The notes beneath the pieces are model-generated. The model did no database searches. It saw only the letters and a list, made by a program, of their open reading frames with translations, and was not told the DNA's origin. The position numbers and the translations under genes were made by a program. A stretch of DNA of 64,000 bases from Opitutaceae bacterium (GTDB taxonomy: Bacteria > Verrucomicrobiota > Verrucomicrobiia > Opitutales > Coraliomargaritaceae): assembly GCA_051252375.1 (NCBI GenBank), contig JBPOFY010000002.1, forward strand, positions 128,001 through 192,000, given 5' to 3'. Positions 20,128-30,639 of the stretch are shown piece after piece. Within the stretch, counting starts at the first letter, position 1. The number at the start of each line of letters is the position of its first letter.

Positions 20128-23100
20128 ATCACAAACCACAAGCCACACTCGAATTTTCGCCTGACAGATCCACAGCTGGTTTCCGGCTCCATCACTTCTC
20201 TGTCCTAAACTGGGGCACCTTTCATGGCCGTATCCATAGCTTTTCTCCCAATGGTCGCACGAGCCTTTTGAGTGGCGGGAATGGTGCCGGTAAATCGACG
20301 CTGGCAGATGCGGTGCTCACACTGCTGATCGATAGTCGCAAGCGTAACTATAATCAGGCTTCCGCTGGTGGTGGCGAACGTAAGCAGAAGAAAGAGCGTA
20401 ACGAGAAAGATTACGTCCTTGGCACCTATTCGGAGGAGCATGATCAAGATCGTGGCTACGGTCGCCCCAAGCAGCTACGCAAAGCTGGAGAATCGGTAAC
20501 CGTGCTGTTGGCTTACTTCTACAACGAGACTTACCAACAGCACGTAACATTGGCTCAAGTGCTTTGGCTTACGCCTGCTAAGAAATTGGAGCGTGCCTTT
20601 ATTGTGGCTAAGAAGAAATTGAGCATTGAAGATGACTTCAACGACCTAGGGAGCCCCTCGGAAGTGCGTCAAAAACTGAAGGAACGTGCGCTGGATCCAC
20701 TGGACACCTTCACCCTCTACTCGCAGCGCTTTCACGAAGCACTCTACCTATCGGCTGAGAAAAACCCGATGGATATTTTCAATCAGGCGGTGTGCATTAA
20801 GGACATCAGTAACCTCACCAATTTCATTCGTGAGTATATGCTGGATGATGGCGGTGCGCCTAAGAAGCTGGAAGAGCTTCGCGATAATTTCGAAGAATTA
20901 CGCCGCACCTATGAGCGTATTGAGCGTGCGAAACAACGCTTGGATCGTCTCAATGAAATTCATAGGCTTCACAACACGGTTCAAATCCAGGAAGATCAGA
21001 TCGAGCACTGGCAAAGCTGTATCGAGGCCGCTCCGCTTTTTTTCGCTGAGACCGAGTTGAAGCTACGAACCACAGATGCTGAGGAAATCGAACGTGAGTT
21101 GGTAAAGGCTCGCGCCGAAGAAACGTCAGAGAGTCTAAAGGCAGAAGCGCAGCAAGAACGCATACAACAGCTGACCGTTGCCATTGAATCCAGCGAAACG
21201 GGGCGCCGCCTGCAGCAGATAAAAACTGAACTCGCGCAGTTACAGCTACAGGTTAAGCCAAGACAGGATTGTCACCGGAAATTCACATCGAGAGCCGAGA
21301 AGTGGAGAACTGGCACGATCTGCCAATCCGAGACGGGTTTTTTACAAATATTGGCAGAGTCCAAGAAAGACACGAAGCGGCTGGGGAAAATGTCTAAAGA
21401 ACACGGACAGCAACTCGATCAGAAAAACGCAGAATGCAATGAGCTGACCCTCCAGCAAGAGCAGATTAGCGCTCAAATCCGCAGTCTGCAGGAGCGCGAG
21501 GGAAATATCGATGACAAGTTCGCTCGCGTGCGTAGCAGCATCGCCAAAGCTTTAGGTGTTGGCCCGAAAGAACTTCCGTTCGTGGGTGAGTTGGTCCAAG
21601 TCAAAGAGACCGAAACAAAATGGACAGGAGCCATCGAACGACTGGTTCACAGTTTTGCACTTTGCGTGCTCGTGCCAGGGCGGCTACGTAAACAGATGGA
21701 TCAATACGTGCACCAGACAAACCTCAGGGGGCTGTTGGTATACCATGTAGTGGAAAGCGGTGCTCGCAGCCAGAACCCGCAACTGCCGCCAGCTGCCGTT
21801 GCCATCAAACTGGAAATCCATGCAGATGCGGGCGAGTTCGACGCCTGGCTCAGTTCTGAGCTTAGCTATCGTTACGACCACCTTTGCTGCGATACACCAG
21901 ACGATTCATTCAGTCGGTCGAAGACCGCAATCACGTTAAATGGGCTCATCAAACAACGTGGCACTGAACGACGTAAAGATGATCGTCACGACATCAATGA
22001 CCGCACCCGCGATGTGCTAGGCTGGGATAATTCTACAAAAATCAAAGCACTCCAAGAGCGACATAAGGCGCAGGAGACAACACGATCCGAGTTGCTTACG
22101 AGCATTCACACATTAGGTAACACCAAGTCGGGCATCGATTCCACCCTTCAGGCTGCAGAATCCCTCCCAGATATTGCCAGCGACTGGGAGACCGTGGATT
22201 ATTTCACCCCAGTCATGGCGCAGGATGAGTTGAAACAAGAGCAGCAGAAACTCGAATCTAGTTCAGATGAACAAAGCAGCTTACAAGAGCAACTCAAGGA
22301 AGCGAAGGAAGCCAAAGATCGGGCAAGTGAAAGCAGTAAAAATGCAAGAGAGCGGCTGGGCAGTTGGAAAAACAGACTGGATCAGAACAACCACGGCATG
22401 CAGGGCTGTCAGACCATTATTGACTTGGCCAATGAGAATCCGGAGCAAATGCACATTCTCCAAGAGCGCATGCCCGTGCTGAACAAGTTATTAGATATTC
22501 CAGCTACAAGCGTTTCATCGCTGCAATCGGCAAAGGCTCAAACGAGCAGTGAGCTTGAAAGTAAGCGGGGCAAAGCCAATCGCATGCGAAACGATGCGGG
22601 TAATGACGCTAAGCTCGAAATGCAGCGTTTTCTCGATGAAGTGAAAAACGAAGAGCCGAAACTGCACGACGAACTCTACAACGATGGGATGGCGGCCCCT
22701 GGGTATAATGATGAACTCTTTCAACCATTTGAGAGCCTCCGCATGAGGATCGAGGGAGATGACCTTCCGAAGAACCAGAAACGTTTCAATCGTTTGCTTC
22801 AGACAAATCTAATTGAGGATGTATGTAGTTTTGATGGATTACTCGGTCAGCATGCTGAAACAATAAAAAGACGAATCGAAGACCTGAACCTCCATTTAAA
22901 GGAAGTCGATTTTGACCGAAATAAACATACCTACATACAACTGGTTCCTGAAAGGACAGACGATGACAAGCAGAAGCAATTTCGCGGCCTCAGAAAGTAT
23001 GCCTTAGAAAATATTGTTCGCGAAGAGAATACCGACGAAGAACGCACAGAGCGATTTAATCGAGTGCGCCATTTGCTAGATGAGCTCAGCAAAGATGAAA

Positions 23101-23558
23101 AATGGACTCAGCAGGTGATTGATGTTCGAAACTGGTTTAACTTTCGAGCAGACGAATTCTATCGAGAAAATGATGAGAGCTTCCAGTGTTACTCTGGTGC
23201 CTCCGGCAAGTCTGGTGGAGAGAAAAATCGACTCGCCTCGACGATTTTGGCCACCGCGATCGCCTATCAATATGGGATCTCACTCAATAACGAACACCAA
23301 ACCGAGACTTTTCGTTTAGTCGTCGTTGATGAAATGTTTAGTAAGACAGATGATGAATTTTCAACCTACTTGCTAGAGTTATTTAAACAGTTCAGCTTGC
23401 AACTCATCATCGTGCAGCCCTTGGACTCTAAGGTGCACCTCGTGCAGAAGTATGTAGAACGCTACCACATTGTTACCCGACCTAATGTGCATTCGGAGAT
23501 TCATAACTTGGACGTGCACGAATACGAAAAGCTGATGAAAGAAGTTGCTGAATCATGA
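20124..23558 (+). CDS. jetC: Wadjet JetC SMC-like ATPase
   Basis: NWGTF, Walker A GGNGAGKS, GELVQV hinge region, signature KSGGEK, Walker B VVVDE. Confidence 0.9.
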   Translation: MNHKPQATLEFSPDRSTAGFRLHHFSVLNWGTFHGRIHSFSPNGRTSLLSGGNGAGKSTLADAVLTLLIDSRKRNYNQASAGGGERKQKKERNEKDYVLGTYSEEHDQDRGYGRPKQLRKAGESVTVLLAYFYNETYQQHVTLAQVLWLTPAKKLERAFIVAKKKLSIEDDFNDLGSPSEVRQKLKERALDPLDTFTLYSQRFHEALYLSAEKNPMDIFNQAVCIKDISNLTNFIREYMLDDGGAPKKLEELRDNFEELRRTYERIERAKQRLDRLNEIHRLHNTVQIQEDQIEHWQSCIEAAPLFFAETELKLRTTDAEEIERELVKARAEETSESLKAEAQQERIQQLTVAIESSETGRRLQQIKTELAQLQLQVKPRQDCHRKFTSRAEKWRTGTICQSETGFLQILAESKKDTKRLGKMSKEHGQQLDQKNAECNELTLQQEQISAQIRSLQEREGNIDDKFARVRSSIAKALGVGPKELPFVGELVQVKETETKWTGAIERLVHSFALCVLVPGRLRKQMDQYVHQTNLRGLLVYHVVESGARSQNPQLPPAAVAIKLEIHADAGEFDAWLSSELSYRYDHLCCDTPDDSFSRSKTAITLNGLIKQRGTERRKDDRHDINDRTRDVLGWDNSTKIKALQERHKAQETTRSELLTSIHTLGNTKSGIDSTLQAAESLPDIASDWETVDYFTPVMAQDELKQEQQKLESSSDEQSSLQEQLKEAKEAKDRASESSKNARERLGSWKNRLDQNNHGMQGCQTIIDLANENPEQMHILQERMPVLNKLLDIPATSVSSLQSAKAQTSSELESKRGKANRMRNDAGNDAKLEMQRFLDEVKNEEPKLHDELYNDGMAAPGYNDELFQPFESLRMRIEGDDLPKNQKRFNRLLQTNLIEDVCSFDGLLGQHAETIKRRIEDLNLHLKEVDFDRNKHTYIQLVPERTDDDKQKQFRGLRKYALENIVREENTDEERTERFNRVRHLLDELSKDEKWTQQVIDVRNWFNFRADEFYRENDESFQCYSGASGKSGGEKNRLASTILATAIAYQYGISLNNEHQTETFRLVVVDEMFSKTDDEFSTYLLELFKQFSLQLIIVQPLDSKVHLVQKYVERYHIVTRPNVHSEIHNLDVHEYEKLMKEVAES

Positions 23559-24724
23559 CCTTGGAACAGCTCAAATCGAAGGCAGCACGTAAGCTCAATG
23601 ATGTCTTGCGTTCCCTGATACTGGGCGAAGATATCTTCCCTCTAGTAATTCCCATTGCAAAACCGAAAACCACGGCGGACGTAATGAAACTAAGAGAAAC
23701 GATTCGCTTAATTAAATCGCAGAGTCGCGAAGTGCTAGGCTACGGATTCACGGTTGAGTGGCAGATCGTAAACTCGCGGCGGCATGGACAGAATGAATTC
23801 CCTAAAAAACTCAGCTTTAACAATGCTGAGGATTTCCTGAGGTATGTTGGAGCGACTGATGAAGCAGGACGAATTTCATCGAATGTGGAAACCATTTTAG
23901 AACACTACCCTAGGGCGAAAGTCTGGTGTGCATCTAATCTAAGCCTAATAAGAAAAGAGGCCGAAGTAATCCGCCACGCGATGTTGGTAGTAGAATACCT
24001 AAAAGATAATCGAGCCCCAAACTGTTACGCTCGCCAGTTGCCAATAACTGTTCCCACCAAATTTATTGAGCAAGAGCGCAAGCTATTGGACTCATTCATG
24101 CAAGACCAACTCCCCCAGTGTTATGTTCAGGGCGATGGAACATTCGAAGATCGGATTGGTTTACTGACAAAAGAAAGTTTGATCGAATTCCGATCTTTGG
24201 ACTCCGAGATTAACTCGCTCCCCTTTCGACATGCAATGGCAACTGCCAAAGAGATGGCCGACAAACCCGAACTATTTCAAGCATTCGAAACAGTATTAGT
24301 CATTGAAAACCATATTACATTCCTGACTGCTCCCAGCCTTCCAAACACGCTCGCGATAATGGGAAATGGTTTTGCAGCACATCGACTCGGACAAGTCCAT
24401 TGGCTCTCAGGGAAGCGGCTACTCTACTGGGGCGACATCGACCTTTCAGGTTTTTCAATTTTAGCCAAGTTTCGCCAAAGTTACCCAACTACAGCTTCTG
24501 TAATGATGGATCAGATCACTTTTGATAGATTCTGTGACCTACAGCAATATCATCAAGCAGACCAAACAATCCAAGACACTCAACTCAAGAACTTGTCAGT
24601 AGAGGAAACTGCTTTAGTCGGTAAACTTAAACTAAATGGAGGTTTGCGACTCGAACAGGAGCACATTGATTATTCTTATGCGAAAGAAACTTTAAAGGCA
24701 TCGATCTCTACAGCTTTAAGCTAA
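23555..24724 (+). CDS. jetD: Wadjet JetD TOPRIM nuclease (DUF3322/DUF2220)
   Basis: VIENH, YWGDIDLSGF and RLEQE motifs. Confidence 0.88.
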   Translation: MTLEQLKSKAARKLNDVLRSLILGEDIFPLVIPIAKPKTTADVMKLRETIRLIKSQSREVLGYGFTVEWQIVNSRRHGQNEFPKKLSFNNAEDFLRYVGATDEAGRISSNVETILEHYPRAKVWCASNLSLIRKEAEVIRHAMLVVEYLKDNRAPNCYARQLPITVPTKFIEQERKLLDSFMQDQLPQCYVQGDGTFEDRIGLLTKESLIEFRSLDSEINSLPFRHAMATAKEMADKPELFQAFETVLVIENHITFLTAPSLPNTLAIMGNGFAAHRLGQVHWLSGKRLLYWGDIDLSGFSILAKFRQSYPTTASVMMDQITFDRFCDLQQYHQADQTIQDTQLKNLSVEETALVGKLKLNGGLRLEQEHIDYSYAKETLKASISTALS

Positions 24725-24761
24725 AAGAACCGATCCAAATAATAGCTCGTTGAAGAACCCA

Positions 24762-25649
24762 ATGTCTCTCCCCTATACTAAACTCAACCCCAACAAGTCG
24801 AAGGCTAAGGGCTACGCACCGCACAAGCCATTACTGCTACTCTGCATCATCGACTTAGCAGAAGCAGGAGAACTCGATCCTCCGCTTTTATTCAAAACGC
24901 CAGGTCTGCGGCTACGTTTCGATAGCTACTGGGCGATCTGCCAACCGCGTTGGGGCGGATTGCCAGGACTCGACCTCCCCTTCCATCACCTAAGCTCTCA
25001 AGGATTCTGGCAGGCACTCACAAAGGAAGGCACACCAAGTCGTGGACCTCGTAGCACACATCATGTAAATCTGGATGACGAATTTATCGCAGACTTGAGC
25101 GATGCCACGCGACGCGATCAAATCCGCCGACAATTGGTTGAGACGTGGTTCCCTGAGATCGAGCAGCGGGCACTCTACTCCGCGCTCGGCTTCACCACCG
25201 CAAAGCTGAATCAAATCGAATGGTCCGAAGCACCGGACACTGGCCTCGAATCCACTGGGCGCGATGCCCGCTTCCGCGTGACTGTAGTGACGCAGTATCG
25301 CTTCACTTGCGCGCTGACTGGCTATGGACTCCACACACAGCAAGGGCACGCCCTGGTCGAAGCCGCGCATATTCATCAGTTTGCGAAAAGTAAGAATAAC
25401 AATGCCGACAACGGACTGGCGCTCTCACGTGACGCGCACTGGATGTTCGACCGCGGCCTCTGGACCATTTCAGAGACCAATCGAATCATAGTAGCCGACG
25501 AAATCTTCGAAGAATGGGGACCTGAAGCCGAGTGGCTCAAGGTAAAGCACCACGTCCCGGTAGTCTTCCACCAAAGCAGCGCACTCCGGCCGTTAGGGAA
25601 GCACCTTGCATGGCACCGAGCAAATGTTTTCAATCATGTAGACAGCTAA
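24762..25649 (+). CDS. HNH endonuclease with SBD-like N-terminal domain (putative phosphorothioate-dependent type IV REase)
   Basis: APHKPLLLL and LPFHHLSSQGFW resemble the ScoMcrA-type sulfur-binding domain; C-terminal CALTG...EAAHI...NGLAL...HWMFDRG. Confidence 0.7.
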   Translation: MSLPYTKLNPNKSKAKGYAPHKPLLLLCIIDLAEAGELDPPLLFKTPGLRLRFDSYWAICQPRWGGLPGLDLPFHHLSSQGFWQALTKEGTPSRGPRSTHHVNLDDEFIADLSDATRRDQIRRQLVETWFPEIEQRALYSALGFTTAKLNQIEWSEAPDTGLESTGRDARFRVTVVTQYRFTCALTGYGLHTQQGHALVEAAHIHQFAKSKNNNADNGLALSRDAHWMFDRGLWTISETNRIIVADEIFEEWGPEAEWLKVKHHVPVVFHQSSALRPLGKHLAWHRANVFNHVDS

Positions 25650-25703
25650 TGTCCGACCTCTGCCTTAGGATCAATTTTACTTAATTACACCAAAAACAAT
25701 ATC

Positions 25704-28700
25704 ATGGCACGAATCAGCGATCACAATATCACCCCAATCTTGGATGCAGCAGAGAAGTGGAAAAACACCTGCCTTACTGGAGAAGGATCAGTCTTCGGCA
25801 ATGAGCCTATCTGGTCAAAAGCACTACTCGATGAGTTCGATGAGCACTTCATCCAGAAGCCGGATTTTGGAGAAGATGACTTTTACACCAAATGGGAGAA
25901 ACAGGTGAAGGCTGGGAGTAAACAACTAGCCAAACTGGCCGCTGAGATCCTTTGGCTTCACTACCTCTTCCCTTCAAATGTAAACCACAAGACCAAGGTG
26001 GATCAAATCTGCCAGGTTTATCTATGGTCAGGGGAACAACTGGATCCTAAGCACCCCATGCTGGAGGCACTTATGTCCGGAGTCGGAAGCGCAGGAATGG
26101 GATACAACATGAGGCGTCCTGATGAAATTGAGTATCTCCTCAGGATCGTGGTGACATTCAGAAACCTTGATTCTAAACAACAGGATACCTTATTGGCGGA
26201 TCCTTGGGCTTTCTCAAACTGGCTAGACACGGCCAGCGACTCAATCAACCAGTCGAGCCGCCTATTCCGGCACATTCTAGTTTTCCTTCTCTTCCCAGAT
26301 GAGATGGAACGAATCGCATCTAAGAACCACAAGGAAAAGATTCTGGAGTGCTGGAAGGAACTAGCAAAAGGCGCACCTATTGCCGAGAAGGACTCCAAGC
26401 TCGTTACCCTGGACAAGCAATTGCTGAAAATCCGACAGCACTTGGAAAAGGAATCCGGAGGCGAGCCGATGGATTTCTATTATGACAAATGGTTTCCTAA
26501 ATGGGACCCGAAGGCAGCAAAGCCCACTGCTGTTGACGAAGATGGCAGTAGCTACGGGGATCTTCACCCCCTGATGCAGCGCTTTCAGTCGATCATGCCG
26601 GACTTCGTAGATTTCGAGAACCCTGGTAAGAAATTTAAAGAGGAAGAACTAAAATATAAGCATGATCTGTTGAACGCGTTCCAAGCGAAGCAATCTTCGA
26701 TTGAAGCAAAACTAGACAAGGACGATGCACTTGGTGCCATCGAAGATCTTAAACGGCTGATCACCAAAACAAACCTAGTGAACTGGCGTGGCTGGGATTT
26801 GATGTTTGGTAAACCGGTCAATGAACACGCAAGCTTCGAATTGCTTCAGGAGATTCGCGACTTGAGCCAAGGTGCCTATTCGAAGGACAAGCTGGAACCA
26901 ATCTTTTCGATTATGAAGGAACATGGATTGAAGCCTGGTTGGACGCTACCGACCCTTTTACTCTGGTTGTGGAATCCTGACGAATACTACCCGGTTAAAA
27001 GCAGCTATATTCGCGACTTCTCCTCAAAACTTGGCAATAAGCTTAAGATGGTTGCTCCAGCCCCGGAGCCAATGGAGGAGTTCATGCAATTAGGCCGAGA
27101 CACGTGGAAAATGCTCACTCCATGGAAGCCAAAAGATTGGGTCGACGTACAATCATTCATGTGGGTGATGGCTCGTCAGGGTCCTATCGAAGATTCAGTC
27201 ACCACGACCAAGGACAGCCGCATCTGGATCTTGGCCCCAGGAGAGAACGCCTACCTGTGGGATGAGATGCGCGAGGAAGGCATCGCGGCGATTGGATGGG
27301 ATGAGTTAGGCGACCTCACTGAGTATGAGAGCCGAGAGGCCTTAAATGCAGAATTAAAGGCGCTCCGAGGAGAGGATCGCACGCCTTCGAACGACAGCCT
27401 AGCCTGTTGGCAGTTTCGTGACTCGATTCAACCGGGCGACTGGATCGTGGCAAAAAATGGCATCAGCGAAATCTTGGGCTATGGAGTCGTCACTTCTTCC
27501 TATCGGCACGACTCAGACCGAGAGGTGTACCGAAACATTGTCGATGTGGATTGGAAGCTGAATGACCATTGGGACGTATCCCCCATAAAACTACCGATCA
27601 AAACTTTAACCGACATCACCGATGACAAAGCAATGGTGCGCAACCTACTAAAGCTTATGAATGTGGAACTCCCTCCATTTGCGAATGATGGAACGGCCTC
27701 TAATGACAAAGAGCTCGCCGCCCCATTCGACGATTGCTTCGAATCCGTAGAAGAAGCCAACGCCCTACTTGACCTCTGCGTGATCGGGATGAGAGAATTC
27801 GGACTGGACGCAGAAACCCAGGATGATCCTAGGCTAGCCATCACACTACCGCAAAAGATTACAGGCAGAACGGGCACCTTGAGATTCAACTTAGGAAACT
27901 GGATAGCCTTCAGCATAATAAAGCGGAAAGACGGCCAACGACTCTTTCAGTTTAATTGCCTCATTGAGCATGTGCCCGAATACAATCTGGATCCAGAAAT
28001 CCTTAAGGAATCAAAAGCTGCAGGGCTCGATACCGCCCTAATTCGCGTTCCTGTCTCCGAGGCGCTCACGCCCGAGTTTGAAGTAATTTTCAAAGCATCC
28101 ATGCAAGCGTTTGGGAAGATGTTCAAGAATTGGAAAGGCACCCCATTTCGCCAACACCACTTGCAAAAGCTATACGGACTTTTCTTTGATCTCGAACGTC
28201 GCAGAGCTTTACTGACCAAAGGCCTACGCGAGGAACCGATCGACAAGATTGCACCTCCACCTATCGTTGATCTGATTGAAAAATACGAAAAAACTGACGC
28301 GCTAAAAGAACTCTTCATCGACGAAGTTACCTACGACCGCATGGCGACATTGCTACGCCGCAAGAAAAACTTAATCCTTCAGGGGCCTCCAGGGGTCGGC
28401 AAAAGTTTCCTAGCCAAGCGACTCGCTCAATCGTTGATGGGTGAGAAGGATGCAAACCGTGTCACCATGATCCAATTCCACCAATCCTACGCCTACGAGG
28501 ATTTCATCCAGGGCTTCCGCCCCAGTGGTGGAGACGGCGCGAGCTTCGAGAAGCGCAATGGCGTCTTCTATCGCTTCTGCAAAAAAGCAGAAGGCAACCC
28601 AGACCAGGATTACTACTTTATCATCGACGAGATTAACCGGGGCAACCTCAGTCGTATTTTCGGCGAATTGATGCTGCTCATCGAACCCGACAAGCGAGGT

Positions 28701-29162
28701 GAGCATTATGCTCTCCCGCTTACTTACACTCCGGAGGACACTTTCTATGTTCCAGAGAACGTCCATATCATCGGAATGATGAATACCGCGGACCGTTCGT
28801 TGGCGATGGTAGATTACGCACTGCGACGGCGCTTCGCATTCATGGATCTGAAGCCCGCCTTCAGTAGCGACAAGTTTGTTGCCCACCTCAAAGAACACAA
28901 AGTGCCGGTCGCCAAGGCAAAACAAATTCAGGTGGCGATGGGTGCACTCAACAAACAAATCGCTGAAAGCACACGCGACTTGGGCGAAGGCTACTGCATC
29001 GGACACAGCTTCTTCTGCCCTACCGATCCAGTCGATGACGTCTCCCAATGGTATCGAGAAATCATCGAGACCGAAATCCAACCACTCCTAGAAGAATATT
29101 GGGCGGACAGTGATAGCGGAAAAGTCGAATCCGAAATCGAAAAGCTCTTGAATGGAGAGTAA
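25704..29162 (+). CDS. mcrB: McrB-family AAA+ GTPase with a long multi-domain N-terminus
   Basis: GPPGVGKS, QFHQSYAYEDF, IDEINRGN, MNTADRSLA, ALRRRF motifs. Confidence 0.92.
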   Translation: MARISDHNITPILDAAEKWKNTCLTGEGSVFGNEPIWSKALLDEFDEHFIQKPDFGEDDFYTKWEKQVKAGSKQLAKLAAEILWLHYLFPSNVNHKTKVDQICQVYLWSGEQLDPKHPMLEALMSGVGSAGMGYNMRRPDEIEYLLRIVVTFRNLDSKQQDTLLADPWAFSNWLDTASDSINQSSRLFRHILVFLLFPDEMERIASKNHKEKILECWKELAKGAPIAEKDSKLVTLDKQLLKIRQHLEKESGGEPMDFYYDKWFPKWDPKAAKPTAVDEDGSSYGDLHPLMQRFQSIMPDFVDFENPGKKFKEEELKYKHDLLNAFQAKQSSIEAKLDKDDALGAIEDLKRLITKTNLVNWRGWDLMFGKPVNEHASFELLQEIRDLSQGAYSKDKLEPIFSIMKEHGLKPGWTLPTLLLWLWNPDEYYPVKSSYIRDFSSKLGNKLKMVAPAPEPMEEFMQLGRDTWKMLTPWKPKDWVDVQSFMWVMARQGPIEDSVTTTKDSRIWILAPGENAYLWDEMREEGIAAIGWDELGDLTEYESREALNAELKALRGEDRTPSNDSLACWQFRDSIQPGDWIVAKNGISEILGYGVVTSSYRHDSDREVYRNIVDVDWKLNDHWDVSPIKLPIKTLTDITDDKAMVRNLLKLMNVELPPFANDGTASNDKELAAPFDDCFESVEEANALLDLCVIGMREFGLDAETQDDPRLAITLPQKITGRTGTLRFNLGNWIAFSIIKRKDGQRLFQFNCLIEHVPEYNLDPEILKESKAAGLDTALIRVPVSEALTPEFEVIFKASMQAFGKMFKNWKGTPFRQHHLQKLYGLFFDLERRRALLTKGLREEPIDKIAPPPIVDLIEKYEKTDALKELFIDEVTYDRMATLLRRKKNLILQGPPGVGKSFLAKRLAQSLMGEKDANRVTMIQFHQSYAYEDFIQGFRPSGGDGASFEKRNGVFYRFCKKAEGNPDQDYYFIIDEINRGNLSRIFGELMLLIEPDKRGEHYALPLTYTPEDTFYVPENVHIIGMMNTADRSLAMVDYALRRRFAFMDLKPAFSSDKFVAHLKEHKVPVAKAKQIQVAMGALNKQIAESTRDLGEGYCIGHSFFCPTDPVDDVSQWYREIIETEIQPLLEEYWADSDSGKVESEIEKLLNGE

Positions 29163-30639
29163 AATACCAGTCGAGAATCTCTACTATCTCCTATGCTACT
29201 CTTGGGATCGGCTGGAGGAAGGTGAACTCGCAGCTGTCGACTCTGAAGCCTGCGACACACTTCAGGATCTGCTTGCGAAGGTTCTAGTCAGTGGCACACA
29301 GCGTCTAATCAAACAAGGCTTCCATCGCGGCTATCAGGAGAAGGTCGAGGAAACGTCTTCATTACGCGGGCGGATCGCATTTAGCCCTTCACTTCGACAA
29401 CTCAGCTGGACAAAGGGGCGGATGGTCTGCGAGTTCACAGAACTGAGCTACAACACCCTCCCCAACCGCATCCTAAAGACCACCCTACGCAACTTGCTCT
29501 ACACCTCGGGCATCAACAATGAGCGCAAGGATCAGATTGCCGGCATTCTACACCACCTTCATGAAGTCAGTCCGATTCGAATCACCTCTAAGCTCTTTAA
29601 ACGCATTCAGTATCACCAGAATCTCCGCTATTACCGCTTCCTGATGAACATCTGCGAGTTGGTTCATGATTGCCTTATCCCGAAGGAGGGAAATGGGGAA
29701 TCGCAGTTTCGAGACTTCCTTAGAGATCATCAAAAGATGGCTGCGATGTTTGAGGAGTTCGTCCGTAATTTCTACAAACGCGAAAGCCAATTCAAAGTCG
29801 GGAACAAACAATACAGTTGGCAGGGCTTTGAGGGCGACGAGACAACTAAAGCACTCCTCCCCACGCTGAACACAGACGTCGAGCTGCGCTCCGGCAATGC
29901 GTTGACTATCATGGACTGCAAATTTTACCACGACGCCTTCACCAACAACCGGGACACTCAACGCTTTAAAACAGCGAATCTTTATCAGCTCTACGCCTAT
30001 ATCATGAACCGACAGCTGAAGGAGCCCGAGCTGAAAATATCTGGCATGTTGCTCTATCCCGAAACAGAGGAGTCGTTTTGCCACCGGTTTAAGCTTCAAG
30101 GGCACGCCATGTGCATAGCCAGCATCAACCTCAGTCAGCCCTGGCAGGAAATTCACGATGACCTACTAGCATTGGTATCCGAACAACCTGAAAGCACACA
30201 AAACCAGCAATCACTCGATCCAATCGATTTAGAAGATGCGATCACAACCTGCGCCTTGCGATTCATGGGTTACGAATACTGGGAGGAGCGACACCACGCG
30301 TTCGAAGGGGCTCATGCTGGCGACTTCTCAGCACTGACGACTGACTTGATCAAGACAGGTCGACTCCACGATAATGATAACGACAACCTATGCGCGTTCT
30401 TTATCCTTCAAAGGTATTTATGCAAAATGGGAGGCGATCAACTAAGGGAGGATAGCCCGGAACGCATCGTATACTACCGTCTATTCCTGCACTGCTACAA
30501 ACTAGAGATACCTGATGCTTTCAAGCATTCGGAATACCAAGGGAAGTGGATACAAGGTGGTCTGATAAACCATGAAGCCATCGCAGACCAAGTCCGTCAG
30601 CAGAAGTTATCAATCCCAGACAGAGATCATGGAATTTAG
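29152..30639 (+). CDS. mcrC: McrC PD-(D/E)xK nuclease with a ~150-aa C-terminal extension
   Basis: IPVENLYYLLCY, FEEFVRNFY, TD...MDCKFY, NLYQLYAY; overlaps mcrB. Confidence 0.88.
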   Translation: MESKIPVENLYYLLCYSWDRLEEGELAAVDSEACDTLQDLLAKVLVSGTQRLIKQGFHRGYQEKVEETSSLRGRIAFSPSLRQLSWTKGRMVCEFTELSYNTLPNRILKTTLRNLLYTSGINNERKDQIAGILHHLHEVSPIRITSKLFKRIQYHQNLRYYRFLMNICELVHDCLIPKEGNGESQFRDFLRDHQKMAAMFEEFVRNFYKRESQFKVGNKQYSWQGFEGDETTKALLPTLNTDVELRSGNALTIMDCKFYHDAFTNNRDTQRFKTANLYQLYAYIMNRQLKEPELKISGMLLYPETEESFCHRFKLQGHAMCIASINLSQPWQEIHDDLLALVSEQPESTQNQQSLDPIDLEDAITTCALRFMGYEYWEERHHAFEGAHAGDFSALTTDLIKTGRLHDNDNDNLCAFFILQRYLCKMGGDQLREDSPERIVYYRLFLHCYKLEIPDAFKHSEYQGKWIQGGLINHEAIADQVRQQKLSIPDRDHGI

